Source: Candidatus Falkowbacteria bacterium HGW-Falkowbacteria-1 (lineage in GTDB: Bacteria > Patescibacteriota > Patescibacteriia > Patescibacteriales > UBA12465). From it: a DNA stretch of 64,000 nucleotides. Positions 19,219-28,594 of the stretch are shown piece by piece (within the stretch, counting starts at the first letter, position 1; each line of letters opens with the position of its first letter). Location of the stretch: contig PHAI01000001.1 of NCBI GenBank assembly GCA_002840305.1, positions 229,463 to 293,462 on the forward strand, given 5' to 3'. The position numbers and the translations under genes are program-made. The notes beneath the pieces were generated by a model. The model saw nothing but the letters and a program-made list of their open reading frames with translations. It did not search any database and was not told the origin of the DNA.

Positions 19219-19244
19219 CTTCAAAACGTTCCGCCCTCGCCACG
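19219..19244 (+). repeat. strongly decayed tRNA-Ser(UGA) 3'-end-like fragment
   Basis: CTTCAAAACGTTCCGCCCTCGCCACG followed by ATTATGAAATAGCCC (the tRNA flank is ATAATAAAATAGCCT). Confidence 0.45.
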
Positions 19245-19365
19245 ATTATGAAATAGCCCAGTGGGCATGAGGCTCCATAAATCTCCAAAGTTTAGTTATT
19301 TTTTTAGTGACGTGAATACAAACAAATTTTAGTAATTATTTAATTTAGTATTACAATAAAAAAAC

Positions 19366-19815
19366 ATGAAAATATATTTACTTAAAGTTTTAAAAAGCAA
19401 GTATTGTTTAATCTCTTTCGCCTTAGTGTCTATTTTAGCTTATTTTTTAGTACCAAAAAAAATATTTTATGGTTATTATAGTATTATAGCCGTTATTTTT
19501 ATTATTGTTTTTTCGCTTACTCTCACTTGTATGATTAGAAGTATAAAAGACAAAGCGGAGGTAAGAAAAAGACAAAGAACCGGCTCTATCATTGGTTTTA
19601 TATTTAGTATTATTGGTTTGTCAGCATTACACATCTGTACCATTGGTGCTCCGGTTTGTGGAGCTTCAATTGGGGCGGCGATTATCTCCGTTTTCTTTCC
19701 AGCGCTTGCCCTAGATTTTCTAAATGATTATGCTCTTACGGTGGTAGTTATTTCTATTTTAATTCAGATTTTTGCTTTGTATCAAATGAAATGTTTTAAA
19801 AAAGTAATTAATTAA
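19366..19815 (+). CDS. small integral membrane protein, unknown function
   Basis: 149 aa, 4 predicted TM helices, conserved-looking CTIGAPVCGASIG segment. Confidence 0.55.
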   Translation: MKIYLLKVLKSKYCLISFALVSILAYFLVPKKIFYGYYSIIAVIFIIVFSLTLTCMIRSIKDKAEVRKRQRTGSIIGFIFSIIGLSALHICTIGAPVCGASIGAAIISVFFPALALDFLNDYALTVVVISILIQIFALYQMKCFKKVIN

Positions 19816-19829
19816 AATAATTCTAAATT

Positions 19830-21077
19830 ATGACTAAAAATCCTTTTCGTTTTATTGTTCAAATTTCGATTTTGTTTGTGGTTGTCTCCTTGGCCTTGAT
19901 GCACCAAAAATTTGGGATAGAAAGAGCGGCGCCCATTGACGCTTATTGTCCCTTTGGTGCGGTAGAAAGTTTTTTTACTTTGTTGTTTAATGGTGAATTT
20001 TTAAAAAAAATATTTGTCAGCTCTTTTATTCTGTTAGGTATTTTTTTAGTTTCAACTATCTTTTTGGGGAGAGTTTTTTGTGGTTATTTTTGTCCACTTG
20101 GAACCATTCAGGAGTGGATGAGAGAGCTTGGTAAAAAAATTGGCTTTAAAAAAGATTTAGAGGTTCCAAAAAAAATTGATAAATATTTGAGATATGTTAA
20201 ATATTTGGTGTTGCTGGCCATTATTTATTTTTCTTTTTATTTAGGCGATTTAGTTTTTAATATTTATGATCCTTATGCTACTCTAATGCACTTTGGGCAA
20301 GAGTTTGATGAGAGAATTATTGGGTATTTTATTTTATTTGTGTTATTGATCTCAGCTTTATTTTCTAAAAGTTTATGGTGCCGGTATCTCTGTCCGCTAG
20401 GAGCTTTCTTTGCTTTGATTAAAAAGATTAGTTTTTTCAAAATAAAAAGGGACGATAAAACTTGTATAAGCTGTGGAATATGTAATAATGTTTGTCCTGC
20501 TAATCTAGAGATAAAAACAGCTAATATTATTGACGACGCTGATTGCGTAGGTTGTGGAAAATGTGTAGGGAATTGTCCAAAAAATAGTTTAAGCTTTAAA
20601 ATTTTTAACAAAAAAATATCTCAAAAGAGATTTTTTTATTTAGTCGTTCTTTTGGTTATTGTTCCTTTGTTTATTTTTCCGTATGCATCTTTTTGGCAAA
20701 CAAAACCAGAATCTAACATAATTGACGTTAAGGGTGAGATTAAAGTTGAAGACATAAAAGGAAGCAACACTCTTGATTACGTAATAGAGACAACAAAGGT
20801 TCCGTTAGAAGAATTTCAAGATAAATTAAAGCTACCAGAGGGAGTTGATACAAGTTTAAAATTGAAAGAGATAGGCTTGGAATATAATATAAAAAATATT
20901 AATGGTGATACGTTGGAAGCTGAAGACTTCAGAATTGTTATTGGAAACTATATCGAAGCTCAATCTAGCGTTGAGGAGCCTGATTGTCCTTTTGGGGAAA
21001 TTAATTGTGAGTTTCCGGGAGATTGTGTTTTATATATTGACAATAACGGCGACGACGTTTGTGATCATTCCGAATAA
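19830..21077 (+). CDS. membrane-bound 4Fe-4S polyferredoxin (NapH/MauN-like)
   Basis: TM helices with CPFG, CGYFCPLG and CRYLCPLG; two ferredoxin motifs CISCGICNNVCP and CVGCGKCVGNCP; Cys/Asp-rich tail CPFGEINCEFPGDCVLYIDNNGDDVCD. Confidence 0.75.
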   Translation: MTKNPFRFIVQISILFVVVSLALMHQKFGIERAAPIDAYCPFGAVESFFTLLFNGEFLKKIFVSSFILLGIFLVSTIFLGRVFCGYFCPLGTIQEWMRELGKKIGFKKDLEVPKKIDKYLRYVKYLVLLAIIYFSFYLGDLVFNIYDPYATLMHFGQEFDERIIGYFILFVLLISALFSKSLWCRYLCPLGAFFALIKKISFFKIKRDDKTCISCGICNNVCPANLEIKTANIIDDADCVGCGKCVGNCPKNSLSFKIFNKKISQKRFFYLVVLLVIVPLFIFPYASFWQTKPESNIIDVKGEIKVEDIKGSNTLDYVIETTKVPLEEFQDKLKLPEGVDTSLKLKEIGLEYNIKNINGDTLEAEDFRIVIGNYIEAQSSVEEPDCPFGEINCEFPGDCVLYIDNNGDDVCDHSE

Positions 21078-21081
21078 TAAT

Positions 21082-21504
21082 TTATTTAGTATTGCTTCTT
21101 TTTAATTTGTACAATTCCTTGGATTTTCTTGTTATCACTAAGATAGTTAAAACGGCGATGTAAGTGGAAACAATAGCTCCAGGAAGCTCATATGTTTTTC
21201 CATATACTATATCCAAGATAAAAAGCACTCCAACAAGAACTGACCAAATAATAACAAATATTTCCCCAGGATGACCATCTTCGTGTTGGTCATACCAACG
21301 TTCAAACTCTTTGTTGCTGACATAAATTGCCAAAATACTAATATATATGGTCGCTATTGCGTTTAAAATTTCTTTGAAAGCGTTTGTGTAGATGAAATCT
21401 ATTATTATAACGGCAAAAAAGAAGAAGGACCAAGCGTTTATTAGCTTGCGCCAGAAATTAAAATCATTTTTATTATTTTTTATATTCATATTTTTAGATT
21501 GCAT
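21082..21504 (-). CDS. integral membrane protein, unknown function
   Basis: 140 aa with 4 hydrophobic helices. Confidence 0.55.
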   Translation of the reverse strand: MQSKNMNIKNNKNDFNFWRKLINAWSFFFFAVIIIDFIYTNAFKEILNAIATIYISILAIYVSNKEFERWYDQHEDGHPGEIFVIIWSVLVGVLFILDIVYGKTYELPGAIVSTYIAVLTILVITRKSKELYKLKRSNTK

Positions 21505-21642
21505 AATTAGATTATAATCATAGAGTACTCAAAAAAAAGTTAACGGTCAACAGCTATTTTGTTTGACATAAAATAAATTTTATGCTAAACTATGTTCATA
21601 TTTCGAATTGTACAGAGTTATTTAACATAAAAATAGGAAAAA

Positions 21643-22140
21643 ATGGAAGAAATTAAAAAAAGTATTGAACAGAATTCTGTTTTAGAAATAGTAAGAAGTT
21701 ACGACAGTCGGACGATTGATGCTTTGGATGGCAGTATCGCCATTATCGATTCCGAAGATATTTTTAGAGCTTACATCGACCCTAAATTCAAAGAGCTGGG
21801 GCTTGATAAACCAGGACTTTCAACTCCAAAAATCACCGTTGAAGTTTATAAGTTAGTTGACGATAAAAAAATAGGTGATATTTTTGTTAGTTTTGGGGTG
21901 AATTTGGACAAGTTGGTAATGTCTCAATCCCAGATTGTATTTTTCTGCAAAAGAAATTATTTAAGAATTTGCGGCAATGAATATGCCTACTTTTTTTTAA
22001 TTAAGGAAAAAAACAAATACCACGTAGTCAATGTCGATATTTATTCTGATGGTATTGGTGTCGAAATTGTCCATTTTGATCAAAAAAGAATCTTATTATC
22101 TGACGATTTTTATCACGTAGTCGTTCCTCAAGTTTTTTGA
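21643..22140 (+). CDS. hypothetical protein
   Basis: 165 aa, soluble, ATG start, ends in TGA. No motif recognised. Confidence 0.5.
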   Translation: MEEIKKSIEQNSVLEIVRSYDSRTIDALDGSIAIIDSEDIFRAYIDPKFKELGLDKPGLSTPKITVEVYKLVDDKKIGDIFVSFGVNLDKLVMSQSQIVFFCKRNYLRICGNEYAYFFLIKEKNKYHVVNVDIYSDGIGVEIVHFDQKRILLSDDFYHVVVPQVF

Positions 22141-22227
22141 TTTTTTTAAAATCTTTACTCTTGCCCTTGGATTTTTTGAACTTATGTTCTTTGTTTCCAG
22201 GGGATTTTTTATTTTAGGGTTTTTTCA

Positions 22228-22236
22228 TGCTATAAT
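22228..22236 (+). promoter_or_regulatory. extended -10 box TGCTATAAT
   Basis: TGnTATAAT lies 44 nt upstream of the 22280 start. Confidence 0.4.
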
Positions 22237-22279
22237 ATTATAGTTGTAGTTTTTAATATTATGTTTTTATTTTTAGAAT

Positions 22280-22861
22280 ATGTTGAATAAAAAACAAAAA
22301 TTAAACGATTTAAATAATCGCATGGTTCAGGATAAAAATTTGCCTTTGCAAGAATCAAATTTGGTTTTTGGAGAGGGCTCTTCTGAAGCAGAAATATTTT
22401 TTATCGGTGAGGCTCCAGGCATTAAGGAAGATCAACTATGTCGACCATTTGTAGGGCGTTCCGGCCAACTTTTGACTAAAACTATTGAGAGCTTAGGTTT
22501 AAAGAGGGAAGATGTTTATATTAGTAATATTGTTAAAAGACGACCGCCAGAAAATCGTGATCCTTTATCCGAGGAAATCGAAGCTTATAAGCCGTATTTA
22601 AAGGAACAAATCGAAATTATTAAACCAAAAATAATAGTTACTTTGGGGAGGTTTTCTATGAATTATTTTATCGAAAAGGCTAAAATTTCTAAGGATCAGG
22701 GTAAAACTTTCAAAGTAGGTGATTATTTGATTGTGCCAATGTTTCACCCCGCCGCCGCTTTAAGGGGGACGACAGTCTTAAATCAATTCCAAGAGAGCTT
22801 CAAGAAGTTGCCAGTCGTTTTAAAAAAATATGATGATTTGATGAGCGGAGATGATAAATAG
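22280..22861 (+). CDS. uracil-DNA glycosylase, family 4
   Basis: GEAPGIKEDQLCRPFVGRSGQLL and HPAAALR motifs. Confidence 0.85.
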   Translation: MLNKKQKLNDLNNRMVQDKNLPLQESNLVFGEGSSEAEIFFIGEAPGIKEDQLCRPFVGRSGQLLTKTIESLGLKREDVYISNIVKRRPPENRDPLSEEIEAYKPYLKEQIEIIKPKIIVTLGRFSMNYFIEKAKISKDQGKTFKVGDYLIVPMFHPAAALRGTTVLNQFQESFKKLPVVLKKYDDLMSGDDK

Positions 22862-22951
22862 TTGACTATTTCAAAATAAAGTTATACTATCTATATTAGC
22901 TTAGATATAGGTCCGGTCTTATTTATTAAAATTCCGAGATTATTTATATCA

Positions 22952-22977
22952 ATTACGCTTTTTTGCGTAATTTTTTG
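22952..22977 (+). terminator. rho-independent terminator
   Basis: ATTACGC-TTTTTT-GCGTAAT followed by TTTTT. Confidence 0.7.
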
Positions 22978-23053
22978 CTTTTATTTTGTATTTATATTCT
23001 ATTTATATTTTAAATTATTCAATTAATTCTCATATAATTTAGATTTTAAAATT

Positions 23054-24844
23054 ATGGACATAAGAAATATAGCCATTATAGCTCACGTTGATCATGGCAA
23101 GACAACCTTAACCGATGCTTTAATGAGCCAGACGGGAATGACTTCTGGCGAGACTAGTATGGATAGTAATGCTTTAGAAAAGGAAAGGGGGATAACCATT
23201 TATTCCAAAAATACTTCTGTTTTTTATAAAGACACGAAGATAAATATAGTTGATACACCAGGACACGCTGATTTTAGTTCCGAGGTAGAAAGAATACTCA
23301 GGTCTATTGATTGCGTTTTGCTCTTAGTTGATGCTCAGGAGGGTCCGATGCCACAGACCAAGTTTGTTCTAAAGAAGTCTTTGGAATTAGGATTGAAGCC
23401 AATAGTTGTTATTAATAAAATAGACAAACCAGCTGCTAGGTCGGAGGAGGTAGTTGAGATGGTTTACGAGTTGTTTCTTGATTTGGGCGCCAACGACGAA
23501 CAATTAGATTTTTCTGTTATATATGCCGCCGCTAAACAGGGCATTGCAAAGCTTAGCTTGTCTGATGAATCAGACAATTTAAATCCTTTGTTGGATATTA
23601 TTTTAGAAAAAGTTAAACCAGCATCAAGCGCCAATTCTGAAAATTCAAGTTTAACGGCACAGCCTTTTAATTTGGCTTATGATAATTTTTTAGGACGCTT
23701 GGCTATTTGTAGAATATACAGTGGTGTTGTTAAGTCAGCCCAAGATATTATTGTTAAGAATTCTGCTGGAGAAAACAGAACAAGAAGAATAAGCAAATTA
23801 TTTACATTTGAAGGAACCCAAAGAAAAGAAGTGCAGGAAGCTAGGGCTGGCGACATTGTTATGATTGCTGGTTTACCAGGGATTTATATTGGTGAAACGA
23901 TTTGTGAAAAGCCAGAGCAAGAACTGCTTCCAGCTATTAAAATTGACGAACCAACTATATCTCTTAATTTTTTAATCAATAATTCTCCTTTTGCCGGAAG
24001 GGAAGGAAAGTTTGTTACCAATAGACAGTTGAAAGAAAGACTAGAAAAAGAATTGGAAGTTAATGTTGGCTTGAGAGTAGATTTCTCTGATCTTAATTTT
24101 TATAAAGTTTATGGTCGTGGAGAGTTGCACGTGGCCATTTTATTGGAAAATTTAAGAAGAGAGGGATACGAACTTCAAGTTTCTCAGCCTCAAGTTATAG
24201 TCAAAACTATAGATGGCGTTGACCATGAGCCTTTTGAAGAGGTTACGGTTGATGTTCCCGAGGCAATGTCTGGGACTGTAATTGAAAAATTATCGAAGAG
24301 AAAGGGAAGAATGACTGATATTAAAAATCAGAATGGTCAGTCTAGGTTAATTTTTGAAATGCCGACCAGAGGATTATTAGGTTACCGTAATGAGTTCGTA
24401 GTTGATACTAAGGGCGAAGGAATTTTATGTACTCATTTTTTAGATTTTAAACCGCACGTTGGCAATATTGAAAGGAGTGAATTGGGATCAATGATTTCTA
24501 TGATTTCCGGCAAAGCCCTGGCTTATGCCCTTTGGAATCTACAAGAAAGAGGTGTTTTATATATTGGACCAAATATCGAAGTGTATGAGGGTATGGTTAT
24601 TGGTAATGTGGCCAAGGGAAATGATATGAGCGTCAACCCCATTAAAGGGAAAAATCTAACCAATGTTCGTGCTTCAGGATCGGATGAAGCTATTAAGTTA
24701 ACTCCTCCAGTGGAATTAAGTTTAGAGATTGGCCTAAGTATTATGAACGGAGATGAATATTTAGAAGTTACCCCCAAAAGCGTTAGGCTTAGAAAAAAAT
24801 ATTTAACCGAACTCGAAAGATCTAGGGTTAAAAGAAAAGAATAA
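23054..24844 (+). CDS. typA: translational GTPase TypA/BipA
   Basis: AHVDHGKTT, DTPGHADF, NKIDK; 596 aa with an EF-G-like domain order. Confidence 0.93.
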   Translation: MDIRNIAIIAHVDHGKTTLTDALMSQTGMTSGETSMDSNALEKERGITIYSKNTSVFYKDTKINIVDTPGHADFSSEVERILRSIDCVLLLVDAQEGPMPQTKFVLKKSLELGLKPIVVINKIDKPAARSEEVVEMVYELFLDLGANDEQLDFSVIYAAAKQGIAKLSLSDESDNLNPLLDIILEKVKPASSANSENSSLTAQPFNLAYDNFLGRLAICRIYSGVVKSAQDIIVKNSAGENRTRRISKLFTFEGTQRKEVQEARAGDIVMIAGLPGIYIGETICEKPEQELLPAIKIDEPTISLNFLINNSPFAGREGKFVTNRQLKERLEKELEVNVGLRVDFSDLNFYKVYGRGELHVAILLENLRREGYELQVSQPQVIVKTIDGVDHEPFEEVTVDVPEAMSGTVIEKLSKRKGRMTDIKNQNGQSRLIFEMPTRGLLGYRNEFVVDTKGEGILCTHFLDFKPHVGNIERSELGSMISMISGKALAYALWNLQERGVLYIGPNIEVYEGMVIGNVAKGNDMSVNPIKGKNLTNVRASGSDEAIKLTPPVELSLEIGLSIMNGDEYLEVTPKSVRLRKKYLTELERSRVKRKE

Positions 24845-24903
24845 GATATATTTTGTATTTTTAATAAAAGTTTGTTATAATTTAAGAAAACATAACAAGC
24901 TTT

Positions 24904-27483
24904 ATGATTGAATACTCATTGAATTATTATACTCTTATCTACGCAATCTCTACTTTTATAACGGGGTTGTTGTCTTTTATCGCCTGGAAAAGAAGGTCTA
25001 ATAAAATTGGGCTTTCTTTTTTTTATTTGGTGCTCGTTTTTTGTTTTTGGTCTTTTTTTGGAATGGTAGAATCATCTGTAGTTAATATAAATCTTAAGGT
25101 TTTATTGTCAAAGTTTGATTATATAGGTGCCGTTTTAACGCCCGTTGTTTTTTTAATATTTTCACTTTGTTACAACAAATTAGACAAATTTGCTAAAGTT
25201 AAAAATATTTTCATTTTGTTGGTAATTCCGGTTATTACTTTGATTTTAGTTTTTACAAATGAATATCATGGTCTAATTTGGTCTTCTTATTATACTTCCG
25301 ACTTCCGAGTAGGGCTAGTTTATCCGATTATTTATAAATATGGTTTGTGGTTTTGGCTTTTTCATGTCCCTTATTCTTATTTTTTGCTATTATTCGGGTC
25401 TTTTCTCTTTTTTAAGAGTTTTTTAAAGTTAAAAAAACCACGTAATTATCAAGTGTGGGTTATTCTGCTTGGAGTGTTGATTCCCCTTATCGCTAATATT
25501 ATATATATTGCTGGCTTTAGTTATTTTCCTGGCTTAGACATAACCAGAGTGGCCTTTTCTTTGACTGGTATGCTGTTTGTTGTTTCTATTTTTCGTTGGC
25601 AATTTTTGAATATTGTCCCGGTGGCTAGAAGTTTGTTGGTGGAAAAAATGTCCGACGGTATTATCGTGGTTGATGATAATAATTCAATTTTGGATATAAA
25701 TCCATCGGCTATAAGGCTTTGTTTTTTAGATAATTCGCAAGAATTTTTTGGTTGTAAGATAGATGATGTTCTTGAGGGATGCAATGACTTTAAAAAAGCA
25801 TTATTATTGTCAAAAGATTTTAAAATTAATTTTAAAAGCAATATTAGAATTAAATCGCTTGAAATTGAGTTGTCGGTAGAGCACTTGTTTGATAAAAATA
25901 ATAATTCTTATGGTCGCCTTTTGGTTCTGAGAGATATTAGTGAGCTTAAAAGAATTGAAAACAATTTAATAAAAGAAAAAGACATGGCACAAAAATACTT
26001 GGATATTGCTAAAATTATTTTGTTAGCCTTGGATAAAAATGGAAAAATTATTTTAATTAATAAAAAGGGCTTAGAGGTGATTGGTTATAAAAAAGAAGAA
26101 TTAATTTCTAAAAATTGGTTTAAACTTTGTTTGCCCAAAGAAATTCAAGAAAAGGTACTTTCTTTTTTTAAAAAGCTTTCTTCTGGCCAAATAAAAAATT
26201 TGAACGAGTCTTATGAAAACGAAATTTTAACAAAGAAGGGCGAAAGAAGAATGGTTGCCTGGTACAGTTCTCTTATTAAAAATAAGAGGGGTGAAATTAT
26301 TGGCACTTTGAGTTCTGGCGAGGATATTACCGATAAAAAAAGGGACGAAGAGATCATTGAAAGCAATAACAAAAAATTAAGCAAGTTACTCCGTCATCTT
26401 AAATTGGCGACTGAATCGGCCAAGATTGGTATCTGGAATTTGAATTTAAAAAATAATTTTTTGATTTGGGATAAACAAATGTATGAACTTTATGGTGTTA
26501 AAAAAGCTAATTTTAATAGAACTTATAATGATTGGAGAAAGTGCTGTTATCCGGAAGATTTGCCAGAGGTAGAAAAAGAAATAGCTAGAGCCGTAAAGAA
26601 AAAAGATAATCTTAATACTAGCTTTAGGATTGTCTGGCCCGATGGCTCTATAAGATATATAAAAGCCTTTGGCAATGTTCTTCGTGACAAGAAAAATGAG
26701 CCGATTAAAATAGTTGGAGTAAATATTGATATTACCGATGAAAAAGAAATTGATAAAGCCAAGTCAGAATTTGTTTCATTAGCCTCTCATCAACTCAGAA
26801 CGCCCCTTACGGCTGTAAATTGGTATACCGAGATGCTTTTGATGGGTGATGGTGGAAAAATAAGTGAAGAACAAAAATCTTATTTAGAAGAGATACATTC
26901 TAGCAATAGACACATGGTTGATTTGGTCAATTCTCTTTTGAATGTTTCTAGAATAGAACTGGGTAGTTTAATGATTGATCCGGACAATATTGACTTAGTT
27001 GTTCTGACAAACGAAATTATTAAGAGACACAGAATAATTATTGATAGTAAAAAAATAAAATTTTCTTCAAAATTTTCCAAGAAATTACCAAATAAATTTT
27101 TGGCAGACAAGAAATTGTTGGGCATTATTTTTCAAAACGTTCTTTCTAATGCTATAAATTATACTCCCGATAAAGGATCGATATTTTTATCTATAGATGT
27201 TGATGATAAAATAAAAAACATTGTTTTTAAAGTTTCTGATACTGGTTATGGCATTCCTAAGGGTCAACAGGATAAAATATTTGATAAACTTTTTAGAGCT
27301 GATAACGCTAGGAAAATAGATACAAATGGCACTGGGTTGGGTCTTTATATTATTAAATCAATCGTTGATAAATCTGGTGGAAAGATATGGTTTGAGTCAA
27401 GCGAGGGAAAGGGAAGTACTTTTTATGTTTCGTTGCCCATCAAGGGAATGAAAAGAATAAGGGGAAGCAAGTCTTTGATTTAA
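24904..27483 (+). CDS. sensor histidine kinase with N-terminal 7TM sensor region, multiple PAS domains, HisKA, HATPase_c
   Basis: About 7 hydrophobic helices in the first 240 aa. H-box FVSLASHQLRTPLTAV, SNAINYT, DTGYGI, GTGLGL. The catalytic core is paralogous to 10601..12889. Confidence 0.9.
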   Translation: MIEYSLNYYTLIYAISTFITGLLSFIAWKRRSNKIGLSFFYLVLVFCFWSFFGMVESSVVNINLKVLLSKFDYIGAVLTPVVFLIFSLCYNKLDKFAKVKNIFILLVIPVITLILVFTNEYHGLIWSSYYTSDFRVGLVYPIIYKYGLWFWLFHVPYSYFLLLFGSFLFFKSFLKLKKPRNYQVWVILLGVLIPLIANIIYIAGFSYFPGLDITRVAFSLTGMLFVVSIFRWQFLNIVPVARSLLVEKMSDGIIVVDDNNSILDINPSAIRLCFLDNSQEFFGCKIDDVLEGCNDFKKALLLSKDFKINFKSNIRIKSLEIELSVEHLFDKNNNSYGRLLVLRDISELKRIENNLIKEKDMAQKYLDIAKIILLALDKNGKIILINKKGLEVIGYKKEELISKNWFKLCLPKEIQEKVLSFFKKLSSGQIKNLNESYENEILTKKGERRMVAWYSSLIKNKRGEIIGTLSSGEDITDKKRDEEIIESNNKKLSKLLRHLKLATESAKIGIWNLNLKNNFLIWDKQMYELYGVKKANFNRTYNDWRKCCYPEDLPEVEKEIARAVKKKDNLNTSFRIVWPDGSIRYIKAFGNVLRDKKNEPIKIVGVNIDITDEKEIDKAKSEFVSLASHQLRTPLTAVNWYTEMLLMGDGGKISEEQKSYLEEIHSSNRHMVDLVNSLLNVSRIELGSLMIDPDNIDLVVLTNEIIKRHRIIIDSKKIKFSSKFSKKLPNKFLADKKLLGIIFQNVLSNAINYTPDKGSIFLSIDVDDKIKNIVFKVSDTGYGIPKGQQDKIFDKLFRADNARKIDTNGTGLGLYIIKSIVDKSGGKIWFESSEGKGSTFYVSLPIKGMKRIRGSKSLI

Positions 27484-27498
27484 TTTTTTTGATTTTTG

Positions 27499-27545
27499 AG
27501 AGCTAATTATTGTTGCAAAATTGATAATTAGCTCTTTTATTTTTG
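27499..27545 (+). terminator. long-stem terminator after the kinase
   Basis: AGAGCTAATTAT (27499..27510) pairs perfectly with ATAATTAGCTCT (27524..27535), followed by a T-rich tract. Confidence 0.75.
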
Positions 27546-27554
27546 TTTTTTTTG

Positions 27555-27563
27555 TGCTATAAT
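27555..27563 (+). promoter_or_regulatory. extended -10 box TGCTATAAT (within TGTGCTATAAT)
   Basis: 20 nt upstream of the holB start. The same TGTGCTATAAT string occurs at 55369..55379. Confidence 0.4.
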
Positions 27564-27582
27564 TAAGGTGTAATATTTATTT

Positions 27583-28545
27583 ATGAAGTATATTTGGCAC
27601 AATATTGGTAACGAAAAAGTAATAGACATTCTTGAGAAAAATATAAAAAACAAAATGTTGGCGAATTTTTATATTTTTTCAGGAACAAAAGATTTGGGAA
27701 AATTTTCACTGGCTAAAGATTTTGCCAGGAATGTCTTTGTAAGTGAAAATCCTGAGTTTGAAAAAATGGACAATCTTTTGGATGTCAATAGTGATTTTTT
27801 TGTTATCGAAAAAGTGCCAGATAAAAAAAATATTTCTATAGAACAAATAAGGGATTTGATATCTAGTTTATCTTCTAGCTCTTTTTTGGGATCTTACAGG
27901 ATAGTAGTAATAAAAAACGCCGAAAACTTAAACCAAAATTCGGCCAATGCCTTACTTAAAGTTCTGGAAGATTTTAAAGATAAACTGTTGGTTATTCTTA
28001 CGGTGAATAATCTTGAGGCTTTGCCGAAAACAATTGTTTCCCGTGGTCAATTGTTAAACTTACATTCAGTTGATTTAGACTATGTTTACAATTTTTTGAT
28101 TAATGATTTTAAGGCTTCCCCTTCGGTGGCAAAAAATTTAGCTAGCTTATCTTTGGGAAGGCCAATGTTGGCTATAAAGTTTTTAGAAAATGAAACTTTT
28201 TACGAGGAGTACGAGCATATTTTTGAGTCCTTGCTTGATTTTTTTAATTCCGATTTTCTTGAAAGAGCAAGAATTATTGATGATATTTATCATTATGATT
28301 TTTCTTCTGGCGGTAGCTTTAACATCTTGGAAATTTGGCAAAGCCTTGTTCGTGACTTAAGTTTTTTGAATCACGATCGAGTTGATTTTATTCAAAATAA
28401 GTTTGCTATTGATAAATTAAGAAAAAGAGAAGTAAGTCTAGATTTTTTGTTTAAAATTGATCTAATTTTAAAGAAATCAGGTGAATATTTGAAAAGCAAT
28501 ATAGGCATTAAGGCAATTATGGAATATATTGCGGTAAATATTTAA
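27583..28545 (+). CDS. holB: DNA polymerase III delta-prime subunit-like clamp-loader protein
   Basis: 320 aa, AAA+-like. NSANALLKVLEDF box and TIVSRGQ sensor motif. Confidence 0.7.
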   Translation: MKYIWHNIGNEKVIDILEKNIKNKMLANFYIFSGTKDLGKFSLAKDFARNVFVSENPEFEKMDNLLDVNSDFFVIEKVPDKKNISIEQIRDLISSLSSSSFLGSYRIVVIKNAENLNQNSANALLKVLEDFKDKLLVILTVNNLEALPKTIVSRGQLLNLHSVDLDYVYNFLINDFKASPSVAKNLASLSLGRPMLAIKFLENETFYEEYEHIFESLLDFFNSDFLERARIIDDIYHYDFSSGGSFNILEIWQSLVRDLSFLNHDRVDFIQNKFAIDKLRKREVSLDFLFKIDLILKKSGEYLKSNIGIKAIMEYIAVNI

Positions 28546-28594
28546 ATTAGCTATAATATTTAGATGTTTTGTTATTATTAACAATAAATAAACT

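Noticed and set aside
16560-19260. The single-gene units as a classical integron cassette array with attC sites.
   Set aside because: There is no intI gene or attI. The recurring motif GTTCCAAAACGCC... does not fit the attC R'/R'' cores (GTTRRRY/RYYYAAC). It is clearly derived from the tRNA 3' end plus terminator. I kept it only as an 'integron-like' analogy.
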